Virus record (IMG/VR): IMGVR_UViG_3300030380_002827
Source: an uncultured virus (IMG/VR IMGVR_UViG_3300030380_002827)
Taxonomy: Duplodnaviria; Heunggongvirae; Uroviricota; Caudoviricetes
Direction: 5' to 3' (one strand)
Length of the DNA stretch: 63,014 bases
Shown: positions 9,809 to 20,300 of the stretch, in pieces
Layout of the letters: each line of letters starts with the position of its first letter
Position numbering within the stretch: the first letter of the stretch is position 1
Program-made: the position numbers and the translations under genes
Notes under the pieces: generated by a model
Databases searched by the model: none
What the model saw: only the letters and a program-made list of their open reading frames with translations
Told to the model about the DNA's origin: nothing

Positions 9809-10267
9809 TTAACTTGCCCTATTGTTGAATACTTTCCAAAGGGAACCATTCCAAATAAAAGTCACTGACGCACCCGAAACGTCCATGATAAAAGGTGAAG
9901 ATTCTCTAACTAAATGTCCGTTTTCAAAACTGTATTGTGATGTAACGTTAATAGGATGTATGCTAAAGAAATTAGCAAAATCTTCGATCCATACCCAGTC
10001 ACCAACCGCACGAGGGATTGGCATGGCGAGATCGAATCCAGAGGGACTATTCTGCGAATCAACAGTGTATTTTTGGTTTGTACTTAATGGATAATTTCCA
10101 GATACAAACGTCCATCTTGCCCTTGCAAGCTCAAATCCGCCTGGGGTAGACCCATCGTGTACAACAGCGGTATTCTTGTCAGTATCTACTGTTATCTCTG
10201 CCAGAGCTCCAGTAAAGTTAAAGTGTTCAGCTGTCGTTCCTTTTCTAAATTGAACCTGCTTGGTCAT
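9809..10267 (-). CDS. Small fibre-related protein with an Mtd N-terminal-like domain
   Basis: QVQFRKGTTAEH..FTGALAEITVDTDK..VVHDG.TPGG..LA is the Mtd/hyaluronidase N-terminal motif. The C-terminal half resembles the fibre C-terminal domain. Confidence 0.65.
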   Translation of the reverse strand: MTKQVQFRKGTTAEHFNFTGALAEITVDTDKNTAVVHDGSTPGGFELARARWTFVSGNYPLSTNQKYTVDSQNSPSGFDLAMPIPRAVGDWVWIEDFANFFSIHPINVTSQYSFENGHLVRESSPFIMDVSGASVTFIWNGSLWKVFNNRAS

Positions 10268-10300
10268 GAATCAGATGTCCAATAGTTATGCTTCTCCATT

Positions 10301-10308
10301 TATTTATA
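10301..10308 (-). promoter_or_regulatory. T4-type late promoter TATAAATA
   Basis: Exact consensus in the intergenic gap upstream of the fibre operon. Confidence 0.75.
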
Positions 10309-10312
10309 GGAT

Positions 10313-13300
10313 TTAGATTATGACAACGAAAGTTCTACCTTCTTCGATGACCGCATACTCTGTTTCAGCATTACCGAAGGTGTTAACTTGACCAATTCCA
10401 ACGTAAGTTGCACGAGCTTGAGATTCCTTAGCTCCTGCAAGGCCTTTGAATCTTCCTTGAGTCTTGTAGTTGGCGAAGGTAAAGGATTCGACAGCTGTTC
10501 CACTTGTCTGGTAAAGAACTGCAACACCAATACCAATCGAAGGTGTGAAATCGACAAATGGATGTACGAGAGGTGTATTGGAGAATGTAAATGTTCCAGA
10601 TGTGCCTGGATCTCTGTCGTCTCCGTAGTACCCAAATACTTGTACTGGTTTTGTAATACCAACACCAGAGATTGTAGTGATACCAGATGTGCCTGGATCT
10701 CTGTCGTCTCCATAGTATCCGTAAACTTGATTGAGTTCTGTAAGTGCAGATGCTCCCTTGAGATCGAAGAGGACTGTTCCTTCCAGATCGTCCGCTGTAA
10801 ATCTGACAACTGATGCACCAGAGAATGTAGCGATACCAACACCAATTTCTCTGAAGAATCCTTGTTCTCTTGCACTTCCAGAGAAGGTAGCGATGCCAAC
10901 ACCAGTGTAAGCTGGAGTGTAATCGATATCTGGATGTGTAAGTTCTCCAGATAGTGTGAGTGTACCAGATGGAACAAAGTCTTGGAATACTTGGAAGTAT
11001 CTTGTTTCTGCAGCACCTGTAATATCTGTAAGGATTGCCCTTGCAGCAGATGGTACAACAATAGATTCTGCAGCACCACCAGCTGCAAATAGCGAACCAG
11101 AACCTGTTGGAGAAAGTATGATACCAGTAACGACTTTTTGATCGTTGCTGAGTGTGAGAGTTCCAGATCCCTCGAACTGGCGTTGACGGAAGGCACCAGC
11201 ATCTCCAGATAGTGTAATTGTTGCAGTATCTTCTGGAGTCTGAGCGGAGAAGGATTCTTCTGCCGTTCCATTGAATATAGAAGTTCCAGCGACAAGTTCT
11301 GCAGCAGCAGTTGCCTCTGCAATACCACCAACTGCGAACAGAGAACCAGATCCAACTTCGACAGATGATGTTGCTTCGTCTTGACCAGCACCGTGATAAG
11401 TAAATGTACCACTGCCGACTTCTGGGACAGAGGTTTTCTCGATTGTGAGAATACCACCTTCCTGACGGATAGTGATTTGACCAGATGTGCCTGGATCTTT
11501 GTCGTCTCCATAGTAACCAAAGACAGAAACTGGTCTTGCATCTGCTCCAGTTGTCTGGAAGTCGAATAGGAGAGATCCAGCACCAAATTCGGTTGCAGGG
11601 ACAAATCTTTCTTTTGCACCAAACTCAACACCGTTAAGATCGCCAATTCCATCTTCACCAATTTCACCATTGGCCTCAGTACCAATACCGAGAATGTAGA
11701 TTGTACCGTCAGTAAGAATAGGAGCGTTAGTACGACCGATTGCCTTACCGTTGAGACTGATAATACCAGAGCCAGGATATCTTGGTAAGAACCTTGTAGT
11801 AACAATACCTGTCTCTCTGTCCTCTCCACCACCAGGCAAGAGGAACATACCTGTTTCGATACCAATGTTCCTTTCGATACCATAGTGAGGTGTGAAGTCG
11901 ATTTGTGGATGTGTAAGTTCTCCAACCAGACGTAAGGTTGCCTTATCGGATTGAGTAGCAAAGGTTGCACTGAGTTCTGTGTATCCGCCACCAACAATGT
12001 GTAGGTAAGTTCCTTCTGGTGGATCGAAACTGGATGCCTCGATAGCTGCTCCAGAGAATGTAGTAATACCAGAAGCGGGTGGATTGAGTATCCTTCTGTA
12101 AGTTGTAAACCCAACCGCTTGAGTTTGTTGAAGGGTAATATTTCCAGATCCAACAAAGTCTCTTGCTCTACTTGTATCACCATCACCAGAGATATCGAAT
12201 AGAACTGTTCCTTCTTGAGTATCAACGATGAATCTTTCATCTGCACCACTAACAAAGTCGAATAGAGATGTTGTGCTACTTGCAACTGCAACTCTCTCGA
12301 CTCCAGTACCAGATACGATAAGTGAACCAGAACCAATCCAACTTGGGATGAACTGAGTAAACTTGGCAGGGATTGTTGGGAATACAATCTTTCCGAATGG
12401 GAACTGAGATTCCCTTGGTGCTGGGTCTGTGATGAATCCAGAATCTTCGTACCCTTTGTTGATTTCCTGTTGATCGAATCCAGTATCGGAAGGATATAGT
12501 CTGGTGTAAGGACGACCACCAACAGAACTGATTCCGAGAATACCACGATCCTCAGAAACAACATTGGAATCAAATCCGAGATTATATTGTTGGTTCTTAT
12601 CGAACGTTGGAAGAACGCCAGGACCACCAACTGCCTCGTCATATGTAAGACCAGTTGATTGTGAATTGTCAAAGGTAATATCTCCAGCATCGAGAGATTC
12701 AACGGATGTAATTCCGATTCCAACATTTGTAAGTGAGAATCCACGACCAACATCTTCGACACTGATAAGTCCATAGTCTTCGTTTTCTGTACCGAATAGT
12801 ATGGAAGACCTGTTGTAAGAATCTGTGTTCTTCTCAAAGATGGTATTACCAGTAAGAGAAATGGTTCCACCAAACTCATCATCAGGAATGTTGATCTTAC
12901 GAGCATATGTCTGATAAGGTTCTCTTCCTTGACTGAACGTTCCAGTACCAACACCAGTGATATGTGGAGCGAAGTTGACACTTGCCTCTCCAGAGATGAA
13001 CTGGTAATCTCCAACCAAGTATGCCTTGGTGCTGGATTCTGCAGCACCACCAATAGTGAAGAGTGAACCAGATCCTTCTGGTATGAATGGTGTAATAGAC
13101 TCATTACCAGTACCGAGAATACTGAATTGTCCTTCTTCACCGAATACTGTGTGTTGTGGAGCCTGTGATAACCATAGTTCTCCAGATATGAATATACCAG
13201 CATTGTGTGTAGCAATACCAGATTTTCCAGAGGACTCGTAATCGATTGCAGCTGCAACGTCGAGATCTTCTGAAAGTAGGAAGGTTGCGGTCTCTGTAGT

Positions 13301-14968
13301 TCCATCTGTCTGTACAATGAGACTTGAATCTCCAGTAGAGAATGTAAGTTCTCTGTTTGGATAATGCTGACCACCGATCTGAACGTAGTTGAAGTCTGGA
13401 AGTAAGAATCCCCAGTTCTCTGCTTCCTTCGGTATTGTCTCGTCGTTTGTATTGATTGGTCCCCAATCTTCTGACTGCTGAGTTGGAGTAGCAGTGATAA
13501 GACCCCAATCGTATTCTTCTGTTTTTTGATCTCCAAGAGGTGATATCCAAGAAGGAGTGTAAACAGGTATACCCTGTTGCATCCCTCCAGAGAAATTGAA
13601 TAGATTTGTATTCTCGTAATCCTTGACAAGTACAACATCTGTTGCCGCACCAGAAGTATTGAAGAGAACTGTATTGGATTTATCTCCACTACCAGTAACG
13701 ATAGCGATACCAGATACAGAACCAGTAAGTCTAACAAGAGCCTTTTTAGTATCAGGAAGTAGGACTCTACTGTCAGCACCAGTTCCAGATATATCGAAGA
13801 GAACTGTATTATCGACAGTTGCAGGGACAAATGCCTCATCTGCACTACCAGATATGGCAACCTCACCCTCAAGACCGAAGAATGTACTTTGTGGTGCCTG
13901 ACTGAAGAAGTTCTCTCCAGAGAATGTTGCTGTACCAGATCCAGAGTATGCAAAGAAACGATCTGCATCTGCAACACCCTCTTTCTTGAATGTACCAGAA
14001 CCGTGATATCCTCTAATGATAGCATCTTCGCCACCAACAGTGGTTGCCTGATATTCGTCGAAGAATATTCCGCCTTGTAATTTCTGTGGTATTACACCGT
14101 AATCTTCAGCAGATGTAGGTGTAGAAAGTATATTTCCGTAACTCTCAAATTCTACCTGATCTTCGTCAGAGAATGATCTCTCCTTCGCAAGAGGATCTGT
14201 GATAATCTCGTCAAATGTGACATTGAGATTATCGAAGGATGCACCTTCTCTAACTGTAATTGTGCCGTTATCTTCTTTCTCGAATACGTCAGACTCAGAT
14301 CTGGCGTAGTTGTATATGACTTTCTCAACGTCAAATAGTCTGGTATCTCCACCCTTCGCCCTAAAGGCGTTCTTGATAATTGGTAAGTAGGCTTCGTTGT
14401 ATGGAGTCTGTTGAGTTCCAGTTATGGATACAGAGCCACTACCATTATACGGATAAACTTGGTCTAGGTCGGTTGCAGACAGCCCTGACTTGGCAATCGC
14501 ACCAGCACCGATATAATTTCCTCTAGATATAGATTCTTCTGCTGTCCCAGATGGGATGAAGATGACAGCTCCTGCCGCTCCGAGATCTGGTATGACGACT
14601 CTTTCGAGACCGTTACCAAATTCATGAATTGTACCAGTACCCACCCAAGGTGTTACTGCTGACTCTAATGCAGAGTCATTTATATCAAACAGTACAGTAT
14701 TTGCGTTCTCTGGAATCCACTGAGCTCTAGATCTACCAAACTCGTCTCTTCCATCTACTACTTCTATTGGGCCGAATGGGAGTACATCTGCTGTAGCAGT
14801 GATAAGTCCCCAGTCGTTTACAAAGAAAAAATTCTCGTCTCTTTCGGGTTCTACATGTTGATTTATGTCGCCATAGTCAATATTCTCCACTGACGCTACG
14901 GTAATGTCACCGCCTTGGAACGTAGTGAATTGATCTATCTTCGTATTGTCGTAGACAAATACTGTCAA
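10313..14968 (-). CDS. Large acidic Gly/Ser/Thr-rich repeat virion protein (TTG start)
   Basis: 1551 aa with repeated [ED]-[DY]-[WY]-G-x-I, GSGSLF..GGAAES and GYYGDDRDPGTSG units. It sits in the structural module and has a GGGGG RBS-like run upstream. Confidence 0.75.
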   Translation of the reverse strand: MTVFVYDNTKIDQFTTFQGGDITVASVENIDYGDINQHVEPERDENFFFVNDWGLITATADVLPFGPIEVVDGRDEFGRSRAQWIPENANTVLFDINDSALESAVTPWVGTGTIHEFGNGLERVVIPDLGAAGAVIFIPSGTAEESISRGNYIGAGAIAKSGLSATDLDQVYPYNGSGSVSITGTQQTPYNEAYLPIIKNAFRAKGGDTRLFDVEKVIYNYARSESDVFEKEDNGTITVREGASFDNLNVTFDEIITDPLAKERSFSDEDQVEFESYGNILSTPTSAEDYGVIPQKLQGGIFFDEYQATTVGGEDAIIRGYHGSGTFKKEGVADADRFFAYSGSGTATFSGENFFSQAPQSTFFGLEGEVAISGSADEAFVPATVDNTVLFDISGTGADSRVLLPDTKKALVRLTGSVSGIAIVTGSGDKSNTVLFNTSGAATDVVLVKDYENTNLFNFSGGMQQGIPVYTPSWISPLGDQKTEEYDWGLITATPTQQSEDWGPINTNDETIPKEAENWGFLLPDFNYVQIGGQHYPNRELTFSTGDSSLIVQTDGTTETATFLLSEDLDVAAAIDYESSGKSGIATHNAGIFISGELWLSQAPQHTVFGEEGQFSILGTGNESITPFIPEGSGSLFTIGGAAESSTKAYLVGDYQFISGEASVNFAPHITGVGTGTFSQGREPYQTYARKINIPDDEFGGTISLTGNTIFEKNTDSYNRSSILFGTENEDYGLISVEDVGRGFSLTNVGIGITSVESLDAGDITFDNSQSTGLTYDEAVGGPGVLPTFDKNQQYNLGFDSNVVSEDRGILGISSVGGRPYTRLYPSDTGFDQQEINKGYEDSGFITDPAPRESQFPFGKIVFPTIPAKFTQFIPSWIGSGSLIVSGTGVERVAVASSTTSLFDFVSGADERFIVDTQEGTVLFDISGDGDTSRARDFVGSGNITLQQTQAVGFTTYRRILNPPASGITTFSGAAIEASSFDPPEGTYLHIVGGGYTELSATFATQSDKATLRLVGELTHPQIDFTPHYGIERNIGIETGMFLLPGGGEDRETGIVTTRFLPRYPGSGIISLNGKAIGRTNAPILTDGTIYILGIGTEANGEIGEDGIGDLNGVEFGAKERFVPATEFGAGSLLFDFQTTGADARPVSVFGYYGDDKDPGTSGQITIRQEGGILTIEKTSVPEVGSGTFTYHGAGQDEATSSVEVGSGSLFAVGGIAEATAAAELVAGTSIFNGTAEESFSAQTPEDTATITLSGDAGAFRQRQFEGSGTLTLSNDQKVVTGIILSPTGSGSLFAAGGAAESIVVPSAARAILTDITGAAETRYFQVFQDFVPSGTLTLSGELTHPDIDYTPAYTGVGIATFSGSAREQGFFREIGVGIATFSGASVVRFTADDLEGTVLFDLKGASALTELNQVYGYYGDDRDPGTSGITTISGVGITKPVQVFGYYGDDRDPGTSGTFTFSNTPLVHPFVDFTPSIGIGVAVLYQTSGTAVESFTFANYKTQGRFKGLAGAKESQARATYVGIGQVNTFGNAETEYAVIEEGRTFVVII
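10596..11509. repeat. Three near-identical 29-bp intragenic repeats (GDD[RK]DPGTSG)
   Basis: ccagatgtgcctggatctctgtcgtctcc occurs at 10596-10624 and 10683-10711, with a one-mismatch copy at 11481-11509. Confidence 0.85.
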
Positions 14969-14984
14969 AGGTTTCCCCCGAAAT

Positions 14985-15017
14985 AAAAAGACCCTGCCTT
15001 AATTATAAAGCAGAGTC
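14985..15017 (-). terminator. Terminator-like hairpin in the 5' leader of the 1551-aa gene
   Basis: Minus strand reads GACTCTGCTTT-ATAATT-AAGGCAGGGTC-TTTTT. Confidence 0.65.
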
Positions 15018-15027
15018 CACATATTGA

Positions 15028-15034
15028 TATTTAG
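15028..15034 (-). promoter_or_regulatory. Late promoter variant CTAAATA
   Basis: Intergenic match to the TAAATA late core. Confidence 0.5.
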
Positions 15035-15042
15035 TGTTTCTA

Positions 15043-16051
15043 TTAGTCGAGTGCGACGTTTAGAGTAATCTTGATTTGGTCTCCGTTGTTCTGGATGTTG
15101 TAAGGACCGTTTGTGAATCTCTCAGCGTACATAATTGAACTGTAGAGAGTCGCAGTGTTTAATCCTAAGTTACCGTTTGATGTGGCACTTAATGAAGGAG
15201 TTGTTACGAACTCATCTGCATTAGGAACATCGAATACGGTGTAAACATTAGACTCAAGAGTTGTGTTACCAGTACCAGCGTTAACATAGAGGATATCACC
15301 TGATCTAAGTCCGTGGTTAGCAAACGTAATCTTACCGAAACTGAATGTAACTGATGGGTCAGTTGCAACCTGTATGTTATCAACCAGAGGTTTGTCTAGG
15401 TAGATCGTTCTGTAAGCCCTGTCAATACCGATAATCTTAGTACCAGTTGCGATACCAGCGTTACCAGCAACGAACTGTCCTAATGTTAAGTCGTCAATAC
15501 TAACTTGTGGGTCGATTGTGAGGTAAGAGTTACCGACAACACCGATAGTTGGGTCTGTGTTATTACCCTTAGTAACAGTGGTTCCAATACCAACACCAGC
15601 ACCATGAACAACACCCTGTACTGCAACAGGCATGTTATTTGCTCTAGTAACGTAGTAACCGTAGATGTTACCAGCAGGTCCAGTGAAAGTAAATGTTTGT
15701 TCTGGATATGTAGCAGTTGNNNNNNNNNNCAACGTTCTTGATCACCCATCTAGATCCGTTCAACAGGATACCATACTGCTGGTTATAATCCTGATCTCCT
15801 CTGTTGTTTACACAAACAGGATAACCAGTATTTGCAGTAGTACCGTAACCGTTAACGTTTCCGTCAATGTAGGGTTCAAAGTACGCAGTTGCAGACGGAA
15901 CATCGCCCTCAGCAGGGGTCGTGTTACTTGTAAAAAGTTTTAATACAAGATTTCGCGGTGATGTATCTTCTAAATCTGCGACAAAGTTATTCTGAGCAAT
16001 CAGATAACGCAGCGACTCAATTTCACCAATATTAGGAACGAGTAATGCCAT
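15043..16051 (-). CDS. Virion structural protein, one gene split by an assembly gap (about 335 aa)
   Basis: ORFs 15668-16051 (MALLVPNIGEIESLRYLI...WVIKNV) and 15043-15732 (TATYPEQTFTF...KITLNVALD) join across the N run if the true gap is a multiple of 3, for example 9 nt. Confidence 0.75.
15720..15729. other. Assembly gap (10 N)
   Basis: Run of N in the sequence. Confidence 0.99.
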
Positions 16052-16093
16052 TGAAAACTACCTCTAGGGTCTTAGAACGTTAAGAACTATACT

Positions 16094-16101
16094 TATTTAT
16101 A
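16094..16101 (-). promoter_or_regulatory. T4-type late promoter TATAAATA
   Basis: Exact consensus overlapping the stop of the 224-aa gene. Confidence 0.7.
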
Positions 16102-16771
16102 ATTTTAATTTTAGAGAGATTAGTAACCTTCTAATATTATTCACGCTTACTACAGTGAAACGGAGAATATCCCCTGCTCCAATAGTAGTCGTCCAATTAT
16201 TTAGGACATCATCAAAGTATTTATCCGAATTGGTTAATTGAACTCTCGCACCACCAGTAATACTAGTAAAATTCGGATAATTTGCGAAAGTGCATTTTTC
16301 TATTTCTAGAACAATATCACCAGTCTGATCGGATAAGACTCTGATATTTTCGATGATTCCAGTAACATCTATTGTGACTTTACCTTTATCACCAGGCTGC
16401 ATTGGAAGACTGCCGCTGTCAATAACATAGTTTACAGTTCGTGTTAAATCAGCAGCTGCAGCAAGAGCAATGATTACTATGTCATCATTTGCTGCTGGAG
16501 GAGTTGTAAATACAACTTGATCTCCAGAAATATTATAATCATTCGATGGATCTAGGAAAAGACCATTTTTAGTAACAATAAGTTGTTGATTATTGTTAGG
16601 AGTATATGGTGCCCCTTGATCATTTAGGTTAAATGTAGTTTCAGTACCATCTTGCACTGGTGTTTTTCCAATAATGATATTACCATATTGGATCGACTTT
16701 GAGGGAATCTCATAGTCTACACCGACATTATAACTGCCAGGTTCGTTGAGAGTGACTAAGTAATCTGCCAT
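16097..16771 (-). CDS. Virion structural protein
   Basis: 224 aa with a DG..TTF.L...NG.FL.P..DY.ISG..V.FTTPP repeat shared with baseplate proteins. Confidence 0.7.
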   Translation of the reverse strand: MADYLVTLNEPGSYNVGVDYEIPSKSIQYGNIIIGKTPVQDGTETTFNLNDQGAPYTPNNNQQLIVTKNGLFLDPSNDYNISGDQVVFTTPPAANDDIVIIALAAAADLTRTVNYVIDSGSLPMQPGDKGKVTIDVTGIIENIRVLSDQTGDIVLEIEKCTFANYPNFTSITGGARVQLTNSDKYFDDVLNNWTTTIGAGDILRFTVVSVNNIRRLLISLKLKL

Positions 16772-17106
16772 TATCGTGTTACGCCTGGAATTACAAGAAG
16801 ATTTCCTTGTATTGGTCTAGTCTTATACGCATTGGGCGATTCTAGAACTAGATCATACACATATCTTCCTCCTTCTATTACAGCAGTGACAGTGGATGCC
16901 ATTGCAACTTTGATCTGTCCATTCACTCTATTGGGAAAAGATACCACAAAAGGAGTGGACTTAGATGCCTCAGGGTGCTTCCTTAGTTGAGCAGATCCAG
17001 TATAACCTGTTAGATTTAGAGCAGAAGCATTTTCATTCCTTACAGTGAAGGTTGCTTCAAAATCTACACCTTGATCTAAAACTAAGTTGATGTTCCTTGC
17101 TGTCAT
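16771..17106 (-). CDS. Conserved small structural protein (Ig-like / BppU-like)
   Basis: 111 aa; NL.LDQG.DF..TF...LNLTGYT..AQLRK...GRYVYD...G...V.PGVT is a common myovirus motif. Confidence 0.7.
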   Translation of the reverse strand: MTARNINLVLDQGVDFEATFTVRNENASALNLTGYTGSAQLRKHPEASKSTPFVVSFPNRVNGQIKVAMASTVTAVIEGGRYVYDLVLESPNAYKTRPIQGNLLVIPGVTR

Positions 17107-17126
17107 CTGTCAAAGGGAGGTTTTAG

Positions 17127-17336
17127 TTATTTATCTAATTTGCTTAAAATTAGTTTCATCATATCCTTAAGTTCATCAACATCATCTTTTAGTTTATCCA
17201 TTTCTGCTGCTTCTTGTAACTTTTTCTCTTTCAATTTGAGGTAGTTATTGTATGCAGCATCATTACAATTAAGAATTGCACCACTCTCTTCATCTCTATA
17301 AAGAGAGTTGCTGTCTTTAACTTTCACTTTTTTCAT
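17127..17336 (-). CDS. Conserved small coiled-coil protein downstream of VrlC
   Basis: 69 aa, LYRDEESGAILN...ELKDMMKLIL; coupled to the upstream stop. Confidence 0.7.
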   Translation of the reverse strand: MKKVKVKDSNSLYRDEESGAILNCNDAAYNNYLKLKEKKLQEAAEMDKLKDDVDELKDMMKLILSKLDK

Positions 17337-20300
17337 TAGATAGATGCAATAGTTCTTAGATCACGAATCTTAGGAACATAAGCGAAGTTAGTTCCTGACA
17401 TTACAATCTTGATTTGGAATCCATTGAACTGTGGAAGATTCTTCACGTTGAATTCATACTCTTTATAGTCATCTTCTGTCTGAGATGCGAGGATTCTTCT
17501 ATCAGGTTTACCGTTATTTTTTGACTGATCTATCACATTTCCGTTGGAATCTAAGTTTTCAAAGCCTGGGAATAGTTCAAATAACTGATACTGAGGTGGA
17601 GCATCTATTCTGAATATTCTGTATAGAACTCTGATGTCATTTGTTGAATGTCTGTACGCATCAAACATAACCTTCAATCCATCAGCAGACTTCTCAAGAT
17701 TCACAACCTTAGATAAGTAAACTGCGGCACTAGGATCATTATCGATTGAATTAACTCTTCTGTCAGTTGCATAATCACTAATCTTAGAGTTGAGTCTATC
17801 CATAATTGTGATCATGTTGACTCTATCCAAGTCAATCATAGGACTCACTTTAGGATCATCTGTAGTTAGATTTGTTTGTAGTGTAAATGACTTTCTGCCT
17901 GGGAAATCAGTAAGTTTTGCAAGTTCGTTTACTTTAGAAGCAACGATTCTTGGAGTAGATAAGACGTTATTACTCTGTAGTGATACTGACTCATAACCTT
18001 GATCCACAAATGATTTCAAGTTACCATCAGGACTATTTCCTGAGAATGTTCTGACCTTAGCACTGATGTCAGTTCCCTCTGGTAAGAGAGTTGCAACATT
18101 AGGTCTGACAATATTGAACGCAATGTTCTGAGTTGCCATAGGTCCATAAGAGTTACTGACCTGTACATACTGTTGATCATAACTACCACCAGACTTATTC
18201 TCTCTGAAGAATAGTTCTGGGAATCCATTCGCATTTCCAGTTGCTCTGTCTACACCTCTACTTGAAACACCAACCTTGATCCAGTAATGATCAACGTCAA
18301 TAGGATAGGTAGTATTGTTAGTAGGAATGAAACTATGAGATGTGTTGATTCTTCTGAGAGAAACACCATTCAACTCATACTTATAAATCTTGTCATTGAC
18401 ATTGTAGTCACCAGCCTTAGTATCATCAACAGATCTAGTGATGTTATTAAGAGTCGAGGTTGTAGTTGTTACACCAGTGTATTTGATAATCTCGTTTCCG
18501 ATTTTAACATAGCCTGGGTTAGAACTGTTAACTTCAACATTCTCAAATGATGTGAAGATTCCAATAGCAGTAACAGTCATATCTTCTGTACTTGAAGAAT
18601 CAACTGTAGATGTCAATTTCTCTGGTTTTACATCTGCTTCAACACCACTCAAGACTACACTATCTTCTTGAGAGTACATACCATGATTAGAATGTCTAAC
18701 ACGGAAGTGCAATCCATCAGTTACATTTTGTAGGTACTGAATAGAACCACCATTTACAACACTGGTTCCGCCACCACCAACATATACGATAGCAGATGAG
18801 GAGTCAACTTTAGGTACACCTTGAATGTTGTCAAGAACTAAAGTATTGAACGCACTAATAACACCAACGTTATTTGGAATTGTTAGTCTCAAGTCTTTTC
18901 CGAATCCGCCAGTATTTGTAGCAGACACAGTAAGAACATCACCAGCTGAGTATCCTGTTCCACCGATTGCCACTGTTGCAGCAACGGCAACTCTATTATC
19001 AACAGTTAAGTTGACAGTTGCACCAGTTCCCTTACCAAATTGCGAAATAAGAGGTACACCAGAGTAAACAACAGATGTTGCAGAGAAACCACTACCACCA
19101 TTAGTGATTGTTAGATCACTACCAACACCGATTGCACCAAGAACTTTGTTTAGATTTGCACTAAAGTTTGGATTTGCCTGTTGATAGATTGTAGTTCCTT
19201 CTGTCAATCCAGCCTGTTCTGATGCAGTCAAACTCTTACCTAAACCAACCACTGCATTGTATGAAAGCATGTCAATGGGGTTATTAGCAAGTGAAACAAT
19301 CTGTCTGTTTCCTACTTCAAGATCTGGATTATAGAAGTTGACTCTACCAGCAGTTGCAGTGAAGTTTGCTCTGTATAGATTAAACTTAAGATCCTCCAAC
19401 TGACTTGGATCCCATGTAGCACCGTTCTGTGATTTGAATAGTGAACCCAGTAATGGTTGTTGAGAAACGATAATTTTTTCAGAGTCAGCAGCATTGACCG
19501 TAGTTATATCCTCCTCACCCATTCTAGAGATGAATACAAAGTATTCATTAGATGCAGAAAGAAGAACAAGTGCAAACTCTCCTCCACCCTCACAATAGAC
19601 AGGTGCAGGGAAGGTAAATGTTGTCGCTTTAGATCCATCATCAGAGATAACAACTTCATCAGGGTCAAGAATACACTCACCAAATGGTAAGATCTCTTGA
19701 GTAGGTAAACCAGTTTGAAGTGTTCTTACTTGTAAGGTAACAGGTAGTTGGTTTGTATCCTTTGCTTGGAAGTAAACATCACACTTAGTAAGGAATACAC
19801 CATTAACATCAGGAACTTCAAACGATTGTGCAAGAGGGTCAACCCATCTAGTCTGAGATGTAGATCTGTTAGCAAAAGTATTGTCAACGACAAGTCTACT
19901 ACTTGAATCAGTAAGAGTTCTATCAGCAGATTGAGGTATTCTCTGAACATCTGCATTTCTCATTCTGAGAGTAGATGCCTCTACAGTTTGAAGTGTACCA
20001 GATGATGTGAAGTTTGCTTCACCAGAACTATCTGTGAATCCAGAGATAGTAGAGTTAGTAGGACTTGAAGATAATGTAAATGTCTTTGTACCAGTGTTAA
20101 ATGAAGGTGCAGAGGGGACTGTAGGATCAGGTAAGAACAGTGATCCAAGTAATGCTCCTGCCTTATCAGTAATCAATCTGATTGCAGTAACAGTTGCAAT
20201 AGCACCACTAGATTGTCCAATCAACTTCATACCAGTAGTGATGTATCCGTAGAAACCAGACGCAGCTTGAAGTTCTAAGGATGCAGTATCAACATTTAAT

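Noticed and set aside
15043..16051. Frameshift or pseudogene in the structural gene
   Set aside because: The frame change falls exactly on the 10-N gap, whose length is a placeholder.
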